Below are positions 8,583 to 18,881 of a stretch of DNA of 60,434 bases, one piece after another (within the stretch, counting starts at the first letter, position 1; every line of letters starts with the position of its first letter). The notes under the pieces are model-generated. The model was not told where the DNA came from. It was given only the letters and a program-made list of their open reading frames with translations, and ran no database searches. Source of the DNA: Oligoflexales bacterium (GTDB lineage Bacteria; Bdellovibrionota_B; Oligoflexia; Oligoflexales; RGVZ01); the NCBI GenBank assembly GCA_947476525.1, contig CANJQY010000001.1:1-60434 (forward strand). The letters run 5' to 3'. Both the position numbers and the translations under genes were made by a program.

Positions 8583-10287
8583 GCTCGCCTGCAATAATAT
8601 TAATGGTTCCCAGTGTCGCCACGATATCTGCGATCATGTCACCCTCACACATTTCTGTAATGGCCTGAAAAACTGCAAAACATGGCGGCCGGCATTTAAC
8701 TCGATATGGGACTCCGCTGCCGTCGGAAACAACGTAAAAACCAAGCTCACCATTTGCGGCTTCGTACCCCTGATAAAATTCACCCGCGGGAACTTTTACG
8801 CCGTTAATCACATGCATAAAATGATTCATGAGGCCTTCAATATTGCCATACACATCCTGCTTATGAGGCAAAACAATGCTGGGATTATCAATACTGACAG
8901 GGCCGCTTGGGATGTTATTTAAGCACTGATCCAAAATTCTGCAACTTTCCAAAATTTCTGCCATACGCACTTGATAACGATCGTAACTATCTCCCCTGTC
9001 ACCAACCGGAACATCAAACTCTAGTTGGTCGTAGCCGTAGTATGGGGCATAGACTCTCATATCCATGGGCACACCGGTGGCGCGAAGGCACGGCCCTGTA
9101 AATCCCCAGTTAATCGCATTTGCTGCCGACATTTTCCCGGTTCCAACCATGCGGTTCACGAAGATCCTATTTTTAGTACAAAGAAGGTCCACTTCACGAT
9201 GAGCCTGTCGAATGGCTTTTACTGTTTCGCGAGCTTCAGCCGCCCATCCATCCGGAAAATCAAAACCCATGCCGCCAACACGAGCTAGCGAAACTGTTAA
9301 GCGAGCTCCGCACAATTTTTCGAAGAGGTCATAGACTTTCTCTCGTGCCGCAAACCCAAGCCAAAAGTTCGTCAACCCTCCCAAGTCCACCGCATTAGTT
9401 GTGATACACACAAGGTGATCGATACACCTGCTTAATTCATCGAGGATCACTCGCATCATTTGCGCCTTGGCAGGAATTGTCACGCCAAGTTGTTTTTCGA
9501 TCGCACGACACCATGCGTTATTGTTCATAGGGGATGAACAATAATTCAAACGGTCGGTGTAAGGAATAATTTGGTTATAGTTATGATTCTCACACATTTT
9601 CTCAAAGCAGCGGTGGAGATAACCTATCTCAACATCAAGCTTTTCGATTTTCTCGCCCGAAAGAACGGCCATGAAACGGAGCGTCCCGTGAGTAGCGGGG
9701 TGAGCAGGGCCGATGTTGATCCATACTTTATCTTCAAGGTGATCTTCTTGATTACGCAGCATCCGCTCACGATCTTTTTCGAAGGTGTGTGCGATTGGTG
9801 TTTTTAATTCTTGATTGCGGTCAGCGGGGTAGTCTTTGCGCATGGGATGGCCCACGAAATCTTCGTGGCACAGCAGGCGCCGCAGATCTGGGTGACCCTT
9901 AAAATTAATTCCGTATAGGTCATAGGCCTCACGTTCAAACCAATTGGCAGACTTATACACTGGAGTTAACGATTTGATTTCATCGCCTTCATTTACTTTC
10001 GACTTCATACGAATTCGTTGATTCGTATCCGGATTCAAGAGGTGATAAACAACCTCAAAGCGTTTGTCGCGGTCAGGATAATCTACGCCACACACATCTA
10101 ATAAATATGGAAATTTTTTGTGAAGCTCGCGAGCAACGTCAAGTACATTACCGTGATTCACGTAAATGGTGTCTTCATCTGTGTAACGCTCATTTTTGAC
10201 GTACTCTACACCTGCCTGAGGAAGCTTAGCTTTAAGCTCTTGGCTAATGGTGTCGACGTAACGAGTTTGGCCTATAGTATCGGACAT
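8572..10287 (-). CDS. nuoCD: fused NADH-quinone oxidoreductase subunit C/D
   Basis: The N-terminal third is NuoC-like (FEVVYHLLN, ANWFEREAYDLYGINFKGHPDLRRL). The rest is NuoD-like (INIGPAHPATHGTLR, DRYQVRMAEILES, C-terminal AGELDR). Start moved to the ATG at 10287 (MSDTIG...), preceded by AAGGAG. Confidence 0.9.
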   Translation of the reverse strand: MSDTIGQTRYVDTISQELKAKLPQAGVEYVKNERYTDEDTIYVNHGNVLDVARELHKKFPYLLDVCGVDYPDRDKRFEVVYHLLNPDTNQRIRMKSKVNEGDEIKSLTPVYKSANWFEREAYDLYGINFKGHPDLRRLLCHEDFVGHPMRKDYPADRNQELKTPIAHTFEKDRERMLRNQEDHLEDKVWINIGPAHPATHGTLRFMAVLSGEKIEKLDVEIGYLHRCFEKMCENHNYNQIIPYTDRLNYCSSPMNNNAWCRAIEKQLGVTIPAKAQMMRVILDELSRCIDHLVCITTNAVDLGGLTNFWLGFAAREKVYDLFEKLCGARLTVSLARVGGMGFDFPDGWAAEARETVKAIRQAHREVDLLCTKNRIFVNRMVGTGKMSAANAINWGFTGPCLRATGVPMDMRVYAPYYGYDQLEFDVPVGDRGDSYDRYQVRMAEILESCRILDQCLNNIPSGPVSIDNPSIVLPHKQDVYGNIEGLMNHFMHVINGVKVPAGEFYQGYEAANGELGFYVVSDGSGVPYRVKCRPPCFAVFQAITEMCEGDMIADIVATLGTINIIAGELDR

Positions 10288-10734
10288 GCTCGACTTGCTC
10301 CTTAACATTTCAAATTTTCACGACGTGCAACCTAAAACGATCGACCCAGAAACCGATCACACGCACTCGCATTTATCAGAATTCAATAGTGATTTTCAGC
10401 ATAAACTTTCAAAGATAATACCTAAAAAACAAAGCTGTGACAATTAATACTGCTCGCAACACCAATACACTTAACACTTTGCCACTGAGATTTAGATGTC
10501 GAAGTAAATGGGCACTGTGCAATCTTTAATGGTCTTGATTCTTTTATAGCCTATTGATGTTATCATCGCCTTCCAGCCGCCGCAAGTTTAGGGGATCACA
10601 GATATTTCTGCCCCTTTTTTTATCATCCTCATGGTTTGGACTTTCGGAAGTCTCCCTACTGATATAAAAGAAACTGTGGATTTTACTGGAAAGGCCTCTT
10701 GCGCCTTTACCGCAAGCACCTGCAGGAGCAAACC

Positions 10735-12561
10735 ATGACTCAAACTTCACCTATGTGGCACCGCACTCATACACTCGGAGAACTAAATAAATCCCATGTG
10801 GGCCAAGACGTCATCCTTACCGGCTGGGTAAATCGGCATCGGGACCACGGCCAATTTATTTTTTTAGACCTTCGCGACCGTTATGGAATCACTCAAGCTG
10901 TCGTCGACCCGGAACGCACACCCGCCGTGCACGAAACCGCTAAAGGCCTCCGCGCTGAGTTTGTTGTGGCGATAAAAGGTAAAGTCGTGGCTCGTCCAGA
11001 CGGAATGATAAATAAAAATATGGTTACCGGAAGTATCGATGTCCACATAACAGACCTTCGAATACTCAATAAATGTGACGTCTTGCCCTTCACCGTTCAA
11101 GATGACGGTGACGTCTCGGAGGCGCTCCGATTGAAGCACCGCTACTTGGACCTGCGCCGCCCGACCATGAAAAACAACATTATAAGCAGGACAAAATTCG
11201 TCGGAGAAATGCGCCGCGCCCTTGATGCGCGTGGCTTCATGGACATTGAGACGCCCATTCTTTATAAATCTACGCCGGAAGGCGCTCGCGAATACCTGGT
11301 TCCTTCAAGAATCCATCCTGGTCAATTTTATGCTCTGCCACAAAGCCCGCAGCTATTTAAGCAAGTTTTGATGATCAGTGGCTTTGATCGTTACTACCAG
11401 ATTGTTAAGTGTTTTCGCGACGAAGATCTTCGCGCAGATCGCCAGCCAGAATTTACACAAATTGATATTGAAATGAGCTTCGTCGACGAAGAACTAATCA
11501 CCAAAACGTTGGAAGATGTTACACGTGCCGCCGTTACCAATTTTTATGATGGCCAAATTACGCTGGCAAAGGCTTTCCCTCGGCACACCTATGCTCAAGT
11601 CATGGACGACTATGGCGTTGACAAGCCCGACATGCGCTTTGATCTCAAACTTAAAAACATTACCGACTTGGTAGCTAAATCCGAGTTTAAGGTATTTAGT
11701 GAGGCCGTTTCCTCACACGGTATTGTTAACTGCCTTGTTGTGCCTGGCGCGGCTGAAAAATTTAGCCGCAAGGACATTGACGAACTTGGTGAAGTCGCAA
11801 AAAATCATGGCGGCAAAGGACTTGCCTGGGTTAAAAAGGGTGCGGGATCCGGCCTTGCCAGTTGGAGTGGCCCCATCGCCAAGTTCTTTAACGAGTCGGA
11901 CTGTGCGGCCATTGAAGCTCGAGCAGAAATCAAAGGGGGAGACCTAATATTATTTGGCGCCGGATCCTATGACTCCACAAAATCTATGCTCGGCGCTGTA
12001 CGAAATTTCCTTGGTGCAAAACTAAAATTGTATAACCCTAAAGACCTCTTCTTTTTGTGGGTCACCGAATTTCCACTACTAGAGAGGGATGAAGAGAATA
12101 ATCGTTGGTTGGCCCGGCACCACCCTTTTACTTCGCCGCGCCCGGAAGATTTTCATTTGATGAAAACAGATCCCGGCAAAGTTCGTGCCTCCGCCTACGA
12201 CCTAGTCTTGAACGGCTATGAGGTGGCCGGCGGGTCTGTTCGGATTCATGATCCTGACATCCAAAAACAGTTGTTCAGTATCATTGGACTGTCCGAAGAT
12301 GAGGCCCATGCAAAATTTGGATTTTTGTTGGATGCACTGCGTTTTGGTGCGCCGCCTCATGCAGGGATGGCCTTTGGCTTGGACCGGATGGTGATGTGTT
12401 TAACCGGAACAGCGGCGATTCGCGACGTTATTGCGTTTCCAAAAACACTGAAGGGAACATGCCTACTGACGGGAGCTCCGACCATTGCTACCCTTGGGCA
12501 ATTAAAGGACCTCCATATTAAGGTCGAGGCGCCCGCTCCGACGGCCCTACCGGCTTCTTAG
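10735..12561 (+). CDS. aspS: aspartate--tRNA ligase
   Basis: HRDHGQFIFLDLRDRYGITQ, class II motifs FRDEDLRADRQPEFTQID and GLDRMVM. Start moved from the TTG at 10699 to the ATG at 10735, which has AGGAG 6 nt upstream. Confidence 0.95.
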   Translation: MTQTSPMWHRTHTLGELNKSHVGQDVILTGWVNRHRDHGQFIFLDLRDRYGITQAVVDPERTPAVHETAKGLRAEFVVAIKGKVVARPDGMINKNMVTGSIDVHITDLRILNKCDVLPFTVQDDGDVSEALRLKHRYLDLRRPTMKNNIISRTKFVGEMRRALDARGFMDIETPILYKSTPEGAREYLVPSRIHPGQFYALPQSPQLFKQVLMISGFDRYYQIVKCFRDEDLRADRQPEFTQIDIEMSFVDEELITKTLEDVTRAAVTNFYDGQITLAKAFPRHTYAQVMDDYGVDKPDMRFDLKLKNITDLVAKSEFKVFSEAVSSHGIVNCLVVPGAAEKFSRKDIDELGEVAKNHGGKGLAWVKKGAGSGLASWSGPIAKFFNESDCAAIEARAEIKGGDLILFGAGSYDSTKSMLGAVRNFLGAKLKLYNPKDLFFLWVTEFPLLERDEENNRWLARHHPFTSPRPEDFHLMKTDPGKVRASAYDLVLNGYEVAGGSVRIHDPDIQKQLFSIIGLSEDEAHAKFGFLLDALRFGAPPHAGMAFGLDRMVMCLTGTAAIRDVIAFPKTLKGTCLLTGAPTIATLGQLKDLHIKVEAPAPTALPAS

Positions 12562-12602
12562 TCAGATATATTAACAGCTACCAAGCGAGGAAATGAATCA
12601 TC

Positions 12603-13571
12603 ATGACATTATCCAATTCCCAGTCATCGGTCGCAAATTTTCCCATGGGGCCAAATGTTCGCGGCTGGCTTAACGTCTCACCTGAGGCCTATCGAGGCGA
12701 TCAAAACACGTCACCTACTGCCGAGGCCGTAGCCAATTTTATTGACGTTGTTCTTGAACAACTCGAGACTACTTCTCCCAAAAATAGGGAGCACCTAGTG
12801 GATTTGCTGGAAGAACTTGTTGGCATGAACATGCCACTCCTAGCCATTAAGCTTACAGATGCGTACCCGCTCTTATTTCCGAAAGATGATTTCCGTGCGC
12901 AACTTAATCTCGGTAATGCAGCCATGTTGATAAGCGATTTAGCTCGAGCAGAAGACGCTTTCGTTGTGGCCCAGCAACTCGTCCCCGAGGAGCCTGCTCC
13001 GTATATTAACCTTGCTCAGATATACAGCCACGACGGCATGGCCGCGAAGGCTCGTGAATGGTGCCTAGCCGGCCTCGATACAGATCAAGACAACACTCGC
13101 CTTTGGGAGCTCCTAGCCTACATGGAGCAGCAAACTTGTGGTGACACGCTGGAGGGCGCAAAAAGGCTGGCTATTCTCGCTAAAGAACGAAACTCGTGGG
13201 CGGGCCTTTCGCTCTCGTGTGATCTCATCAACCCAGAAGACGTCCTTACCAAACTCAGTGCTTTGGAACCCTTTTGGAACGAAGGCTCTAGGGGCCTTGA
13301 GTACCTCATTGAATTTACCGCTGTGCTTGGGATGGCGGGACAATACGACAAGATTCCCTCTATTATCTGGGCGGTCGAAAAGGAGGCTACCAACGGCCTT
13401 CCCTGGCAACTGATCTTGCATTTGGCTCAAGCCTATTTGGGCCTCGGACGCGATGAAGACGCCCTACTTGCATTAGATAAACTCAATAATATTGGTGACC
13501 TGCCTGATGCCGCCCGAGATGCCGCCCAGAGCATTAGGTCGGAGGCTAAAGGTCAGGAGTCCGTCCACTGA
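12603..13571 (+). CDS. TPR-like helical-repeat protein (hypothetical)
   Basis: 322 aa, helical. Contains TPR-like stretches (LNLGNAAMLISDLARAEDAFVVAQQLVPEEPAPYINLAQIYSHDGMAAKAREW). Confidence 0.6.
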   Translation: MTLSNSQSSVANFPMGPNVRGWLNVSPEAYRGDQNTSPTAEAVANFIDVVLEQLETTSPKNREHLVDLLEELVGMNMPLLAIKLTDAYPLLFPKDDFRAQLNLGNAAMLISDLARAEDAFVVAQQLVPEEPAPYINLAQIYSHDGMAAKAREWCLAGLDTDQDNTRLWELLAYMEQQTCGDTLEGAKRLAILAKERNSWAGLSLSCDLINPEDVLTKLSALEPFWNEGSRGLEYLIEFTAVLGMAGQYDKIPSIIWAVEKEATNGLPWQLILHLAQAYLGLGRDEDALLALDKLNNIGDLPDAARDAAQSIRSEAKGQESVH

Positions 13572-13749
13572 CTTGCCAATTGACGCGGTACCGCCTGTCA
13601 CTCGTAAACTCGAGTGAGAAATCAGCCTGTTCAGTCTCAATTATTTTAATAGTTTTAACGAATTTAGATTGACTTATATTGCCAGGCAATGTATTTAGGG
13701 TCGTCAACTCTTTATTTTAATTACGCCATTTGGAAGTTTGGGAGCGTTT

Positions 13750-15234
13750 ATGAAGGCACTCATCGTCGATGATGATAGCACACTGCGTTTAGTCATTCGA
13801 GCCGTGCTCGAAAAACGCGGTTTTATCGTTCTTGAAGCTGAAGACGGCATAATGGGTGTGGAAATGGTTCAACGCCATTCCGATATCGGTGTCGCCATCC
13901 TCGATGTAAATATGCCGCGAATGGGGGGGATAGAAGCCCTTGAAAAAATAAAAGCCATTAATCCTTCGATCTTTTGTATTGTGGCAACCGCCTACTCGAA
14001 CACCAAAGATGCCATCAACGCCATCAAGCATGGCGCCTACGATTACATCCAAAAACCTGTAGACCCTGACCGCCTATCACGACTACTTGATAAAGCGACT
14101 GCAGCCAACAACATGGTTCTAGAAGCCAGCTACTCTGCTCCAAAACTTGAATTCGACGAGGGCCGCAGTATCGTTGGCGGAAGCTCACAGTTGAAGCATG
14201 TTTTTGACGTAGTTTACAAATTGGCACGTGTTGACACGTCTGTTTTAATTCGCGGAGAAAGCGGTACAGGCAAAGAGCTCGTCGCAAGAGCCCTTCATTT
14301 CAATAGCCACCGTAAGAATTCACCGTTTATCGCCCTGAACTGTGCGGCGATTCCCGAATCCTTAATTGAAAGTGAATTGTTCGGTCACGAAAAAGGCGCC
14401 TTCACCGGCGCTGATAAACGCAAGCTCGGCCGATTTGCCCAGGCAGAAGGCGGGACGTTATTTCTTGACGAAATCGGAGACATCAGCCCGGCGACTCAAG
14501 TAAAACTTCTTCGGGTTCTCCAAGAACGCACCTACAGCCTAGTTGGTGGCAGCCAAGAAATAAAATCTGACGTTCGAATTGTTGCCGCTACGCATCGGCC
14601 ATTAGAACGCATGATTGAAACTAACGAATTTCGCGCGGATTTATACTTCCGTTTAAACGTACTTCCAATTAATCTTCCCCCGCTACGCGAGCGCAAGGAA
14701 GACATTCATGATCTTTGTCAGTATCTATTGAAAAAATTCAATAAGGCGCACAAAAGAAAAATCACGAGTATTAGCGATCAGGCCATGAGCATGTTGATGG
14801 CCTTTCCTTGGCCAGGAAATATCCGTGAGCTTGAAAACTCGATGGAGCGTGCTTTTATATTAGAATCTACAGACGTTCTACAGCCGCAGTCCTTCGACCT
14901 ACAGTCCGAAAATGCGTCAAATACCGGTGCGACCCTGCCTATAGGTAAAAGCACTCCAACGGCCGCCTCCAACATTCGTAGCGGCGCCACGTTTGCCGGT
15001 TCACCCTCCGCCGCAACTCCTAAAGACGGTGAGTTTATGTTTGTACGTGATGGAGATGAATTAAATTTTCCCGCACTACGCGACAGGTTTGAGCGAGAAT
15101 TTATCGTCAAAGCACTCACTGCGTACAAAGGCCGGATTAATCAAACAGCCGAAGCGACGCAGATGACCAAAGTGACGCTCTTGAGAAAATTAGAAAAACA
15201 CGGCATCGACGCAAAAAGTTATTTTAAGCTCTGA
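13750..15234 (+). CDS. sigma-54-dependent response regulator (NtrC family: receiver + AAA+ + Fis-type HTH)
   Basis: Receiver domain LIVDDD ... ILDVNMP. Walker A GESGTGKE, exact GAFTGA loop, Walker B LFLDEIG, C-terminal HTH (INQTAEATQMTKVTLLRKLEKHG). Start at the ATG at 13750 with GGGAG upstream. Confidence 0.9.
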   Translation: MKALIVDDDSTLRLVIRAVLEKRGFIVLEAEDGIMGVEMVQRHSDIGVAILDVNMPRMGGIEALEKIKAINPSIFCIVATAYSNTKDAINAIKHGAYDYIQKPVDPDRLSRLLDKATAANNMVLEASYSAPKLEFDEGRSIVGGSSQLKHVFDVVYKLARVDTSVLIRGESGTGKELVARALHFNSHRKNSPFIALNCAAIPESLIESELFGHEKGAFTGADKRKLGRFAQAEGGTLFLDEIGDISPATQVKLLRVLQERTYSLVGGSQEIKSDVRIVAATHRPLERMIETNEFRADLYFRLNVLPINLPPLRERKEDIHDLCQYLLKKFNKAHKRKITSISDQAMSMLMAFPWPGNIRELENSMERAFILESTDVLQPQSFDLQSENASNTGATLPIGKSTPTAASNIRSGATFAGSPSAATPKDGEFMFVRDGDELNFPALRDRFEREFIVKALTAYKGRINQTAEATQMTKVTLLRKLEKHGIDAKSYFKL

Positions 15235-15270
15235 AAATTACTGGAATAAATCGATATTTTTATAAACACT

Positions 15271-15333
15271 AGCTCCATGATATAATGAATTGGGTTAAAC
15301 TCAATTTAACCCAATTCATTATATCATGGAGCT
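15271..15333. repeat. perfect 29-bp-stem inverted repeat with a 5-nt loop
   Basis: Left arm 15271-15299 is AGCTCCATGATATAATGAATTGGGTTAAA. Right arm 15305-15333 is its exact reverse complement (verified base by base). Loop is CTCAA. It lies between the response-regulator stop and the ATG at 15345. Confidence 0.95.
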
Positions 15334-15344
15334 GAATATTTGTC

Positions 15345-17843
15345 ATGAGCGACTCCACCTCAAAAACACCCATTTCTACGCGTCAAAGTGATCCGCTTGC
15401 GTTAACGCGTCTAAGCCGATGGGCGCACTTAGCTCCAGACTCGCTGTCAATCGTTCAAAATGAACTTGCTGTTGCACTAGGCTTTAAGCCTGTTCCGACA
15501 AATGCGGGCATGCGCGAGGCTCCGGTTGACAATTTTCCTCACTCAAATTTAACGACTGCCGGAAAAGGAGCCGAGGGAGATCTACTTGGCAAAAAAATTC
15601 GCCGTGTCGTGAACTCTGGCGCACCATGGCACGTTGTTTCTGACTTGCTCTGGGAACGATTTAACGAGGATCGGACACCCGAAATCGCAGCCCATTTCCT
15701 CGAAACCGCGTTTGTCCATTCGAACCAAATTGACACACTCAAAATATTCTCACACATTATGTCTACTGGATTAAATTGTTTTTACTGGCAATTACACCCA
15801 AAACTTCGCGATTTTCTGGTGGAACATGCGCCTGAAGCAAATCTTGACCAACTCTACTGGATTGTTTCTCAAGAGCGCGATGAAACAAAACTCAGTGGCC
15901 TCGAGCAATCTTTCATCTTTCTTCGTATCGCCATGACTTCCGACAAAGCGGCTGCTTGGACTTACTTCCGAAAAAATAAAACTAAAATTTTTGAGGTTTT
16001 CGAAAAATCAAAGCGTTTTGGCATGACACAGCAGCAACTGATTTACCGGGTCGGCGAACTGGCTTTGGGATTAGGTCTGCTGGAGGATTCCAGGGAGCTG
16101 TTTCAACACTTATTTAAGGGAAATCCTCAAAAAGAGACCTCCCTCGAAACTCTCTCTCAATTTGAACGTTCAGATCTGGCCTCCACCCGTGAAAACCACG
16201 GAACTTACATGTTTGCGATTGAATCTGCAAATTCTTGGCAAGAACGGCTTGCAGTAATCAATGACTATTGCGATGTCTTATTGAAAACAGGTAGAACTAC
16301 GAATCCATCCCCCCCCGCTCTCGACATGCTATTGAAAACAATTCTTCAGTGGGTTCCCGAAAGTGTCGACGCCTGGCGAGGAGTTGGCGACCTACTCATC
16401 CGATTTCGAAACTTATCGTCACAATTGCCCAATCTATTTAGCACATTTACTGAAGCAGCGGTGCAGTTCCATCCTGCCGAAATTGACGCCGCACTTTGGA
16501 GCGCCGCCTTAAAAATGACCCCCTGTGCACCACTCGAAACTTTCATTCATTGTACTGCACTGCTCCACAGGTACGTAACCAATCCTAGCCTCGGTGAAGA
16601 CATCCTATGGAAGTCTTATTCTGCGTTTCACGAGATTGGTGCTTCATCCCCGTTGATGCCTTGGAGTTGGCGAGACTTAATAAAAAAATCCACTCACTGG
16701 GCCGAACAAACGCAGACCCTAAGCGACAAAGATTCGAGCAGGGTTTTAGCCGCTTTGGGACTGTGTGTTGCTGGTGGTTTTTCAAATCAGGATGCCATGG
16801 CAAAATACTGCGCCTTATGCACCTCCCTGCCATTAACTCTTCTTGACGGCTTGAATCGCACCTCAGAAATCACAAACCACTCCAAAATTGCCGCGGGCCA
16901 AATCATCGCATTCGGCTTCACGAGGCCGTTCACAAATGATGAGCTAGTCAACCTCTGGTACCTCGCCGTAAGACATACATCTCCGGATCTTGCGTGGCGC
17001 ACTGCAAGTGTGTTGGCCGCGCGCGAAGCCCTGCCTCCAGAGATCAAACCCGCTTGGGAAATCAGCGGGGAACGTCGGGCTGCATATACACCGATAATGA
17101 TAACTGCCAAAGAAATTGAGTGCGCGCTTTCCCAATTGTCGGCCGCTTGCCAAATGATGGGGCCAGCGCTTTGTACCCTTGGCACTAAACTTAATGAATA
17201 TTTGCTCATTAACGGTGATGTCTCGCGGGCAACCGCGAGCTTGGTAGGAACACCCGCAATTGAGCAAAAAATTGCCAAAGCCGTCAAAGATTCCATCATT
17301 CTGCCAAAACCTACCAAGAATGTATTCGAACCCTCAGGCATACAAATGGTCCCTTCGATAGCTGTTCCTCTGGCCCATGCTATCGTTAGTTCACCATGGA
17401 TATTTGCAGCTCGAATACTTGCCGAACGTCTATCAATCCCAGCTTGGGGATGGAACGTAAACGAGTTACAAACTCACGCCAAGGAAATTTTACCACTAAT
17501 AGGAAAAAAACATTCGTGGCGAACTCAGATCAAAAGGGCCAAGTGGCTGACCTCAATGAACTCCCAAGAGCGTGCTGCTTGGAGCGCCTTAGTGAAATGC
17601 ACCCACGATGACGACCTAGGAACGACGTCGACTGACCTATTGAAGTTTATTTGCAGACTCGCCCTCATCTTGTATCCTAGTCATGTACTCGCCCTGAAGA
17701 CACTTCAACAAATCCGAATGCCAATAGCCATCATCCAAGATTTAGAATGGTTTATATTGAGTGACCACTGGAGCGCGCTGCGCGAGCATCACAAAATTGT
17801 GATAAAAGTATCGATTCCGTCGTCACTTCGAGAGCGTATTTAA
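15345..17843 (+). CDS. hypothetical protein (832 aa), helical, no domain recognised
   Basis: Long ORF with an ATG start. No catalytic or nucleotide-binding motif recognised. Confidence 0.6.
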   Translation: MSDSTSKTPISTRQSDPLALTRLSRWAHLAPDSLSIVQNELAVALGFKPVPTNAGMREAPVDNFPHSNLTTAGKGAEGDLLGKKIRRVVNSGAPWHVVSDLLWERFNEDRTPEIAAHFLETAFVHSNQIDTLKIFSHIMSTGLNCFYWQLHPKLRDFLVEHAPEANLDQLYWIVSQERDETKLSGLEQSFIFLRIAMTSDKAAAWTYFRKNKTKIFEVFEKSKRFGMTQQQLIYRVGELALGLGLLEDSRELFQHLFKGNPQKETSLETLSQFERSDLASTRENHGTYMFAIESANSWQERLAVINDYCDVLLKTGRTTNPSPPALDMLLKTILQWVPESVDAWRGVGDLLIRFRNLSSQLPNLFSTFTEAAVQFHPAEIDAALWSAALKMTPCAPLETFIHCTALLHRYVTNPSLGEDILWKSYSAFHEIGASSPLMPWSWRDLIKKSTHWAEQTQTLSDKDSSRVLAALGLCVAGGFSNQDAMAKYCALCTSLPLTLLDGLNRTSEITNHSKIAAGQIIAFGFTRPFTNDELVNLWYLAVRHTSPDLAWRTASVLAAREALPPEIKPAWEISGERRAAYTPIMITAKEIECALSQLSAACQMMGPALCTLGTKLNEYLLINGDVSRATASLVGTPAIEQKIAKAVKDSIILPKPTKNVFEPSGIQMVPSIAVPLAHAIVSSPWIFAARILAERLSIPAWGWNVNELQTHAKEILPLIGKKHSWRTQIKRAKWLTSMNSQERAAWSALVKCTHDDDLGTTSTDLLKFICRLALILYPSHVLALKTLQQIRMPIAIIQDLEWFILSDHWSALREHHKIVIKVSIPSSLRERI

Positions 17844-18779
17844 AAATGCAGTTCGGGAATTCCGGTAATGCGTATCTTTGATGCTTCCCAGTTGCGACTC
17901 TCTAAAGAAAATCTGACGAGCAAAGTCCAGTGTGCCACTCGAAGCCATGCCAATTACACCCACGGTTAACAGTGCTCCGAATACTTTTTGACGGTCGTTA
18001 GATGTATACGGATCTACGCCCAAGACAGACCTTGAATACATGCTTGGGCCTTGCGCGTCGTCGTGAGTGGATTTTGGGACGCTAATTTCTAGCACTTCAC
18101 CGTTCATGTTTTCAGAAAATTTCTTTCGCCCCCTTGCCGCAAATAATTTCGGATCAGAGCCTAATAGAACTATCGGCAAATCAACTTTTTTCATGGCGGA
18201 GATGACGTTATCATGAACCACCGCGGGATCAAGCAATATGGCACCAATCACAGGCGCTCCATGCCCCATCGCCAGTATTGAAGCACTCCCTCCGAACGAA
18301 TGGCCCACAAGTACAATTCTCGTCGTATCCACGTTGGCACCCAAAAGATGCGGCACATTATGCACCATCTCGGAAAATCTCCTGACCACCTCGCCATTTT
18401 GGACCCATTGCTCGCGATTCGGCAATTCTAGGGTCACCACGTGAAAACCCCAACTTGCTAATCTCCTAGCTTGATTTCGATGAGCATTCTTTCCTGAAAA
18501 ATTTCCGTGGCAGATAATAACAATTGGCAGCTTATCTTGAGTTTGTGCGGCATAATGATCGACGACAATTATTTTTTCAAGGTTCATGGTGACTTCTCGT
18601 TCAAGCTGCTCGGATACTGCGAAGGGACCTAGCTCCTCAAAGCGACGCATCTCTGGCGCTAGCAGCACAATTTTCGCAACTACGGGCCCTGCGCTAGGCA
18701 ACGGCTTTTGCGCTGAAGGAAAGGACGCACATCCTGACAGCAACAATATTATTGATATTTGTATCGGCCCGAGGCTCAA
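17823..18779 (-). CDS. alpha/beta-hydrolase lipoprotein (dienelactone hydrolase / PAF-acetylhydrolase-like)
   Basis: Nucleophile elbow VLVGHSFGGS. Starting at the TTG at 18779 (GGGAG upstream) gives a lipoprotein signal, MSLGPIQISIILLLSGC. The ORF-track start at 18878 would overlap the divergent gene. Confidence 0.7.
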   Translation of the reverse strand: MSLGPIQISIILLLSGCASFPSAQKPLPSAGPVVAKIVLLAPEMRRFEELGPFAVSEQLEREVTMNLEKIIVVDHYAAQTQDKLPIVIICHGNFSGKNAHRNQARRLASWGFHVVTLELPNREQWVQNGEVVRRFSEMVHNVPHLLGANVDTTRIVLVGHSFGGSASILAMGHGAPVIGAILLDPAVVHDNVISAMKKVDLPIVLLGSDPKLFAARGRKKFSENMNGEVLEISVPKSTHDDAQGPSMYSRSVLGVDPYTSNDRQKVFGALLTVGVIGMASSGTLDFARQIFFRESQLGSIKDTHYRNSRTAFLNTLSK

Positions 18780-18881
18780 TTCACACTCCCTTCCCTTAGA
18801 AGTTTGATATACTGATCGGATTGTTTTTGAAAAAATTGATCTATTTAAGAAAATATTCAGCTGGGACCAGAGTTGCACTTT

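Noticed and set aside
10544-10750. A 68-aa minus-strand ORF in the nuoCD-aspS intergenic region.
   Set aside because: It overlaps the aspS start and RBS, has no homology signal and has an implausible composition. The region is better explained as divergent promoters.
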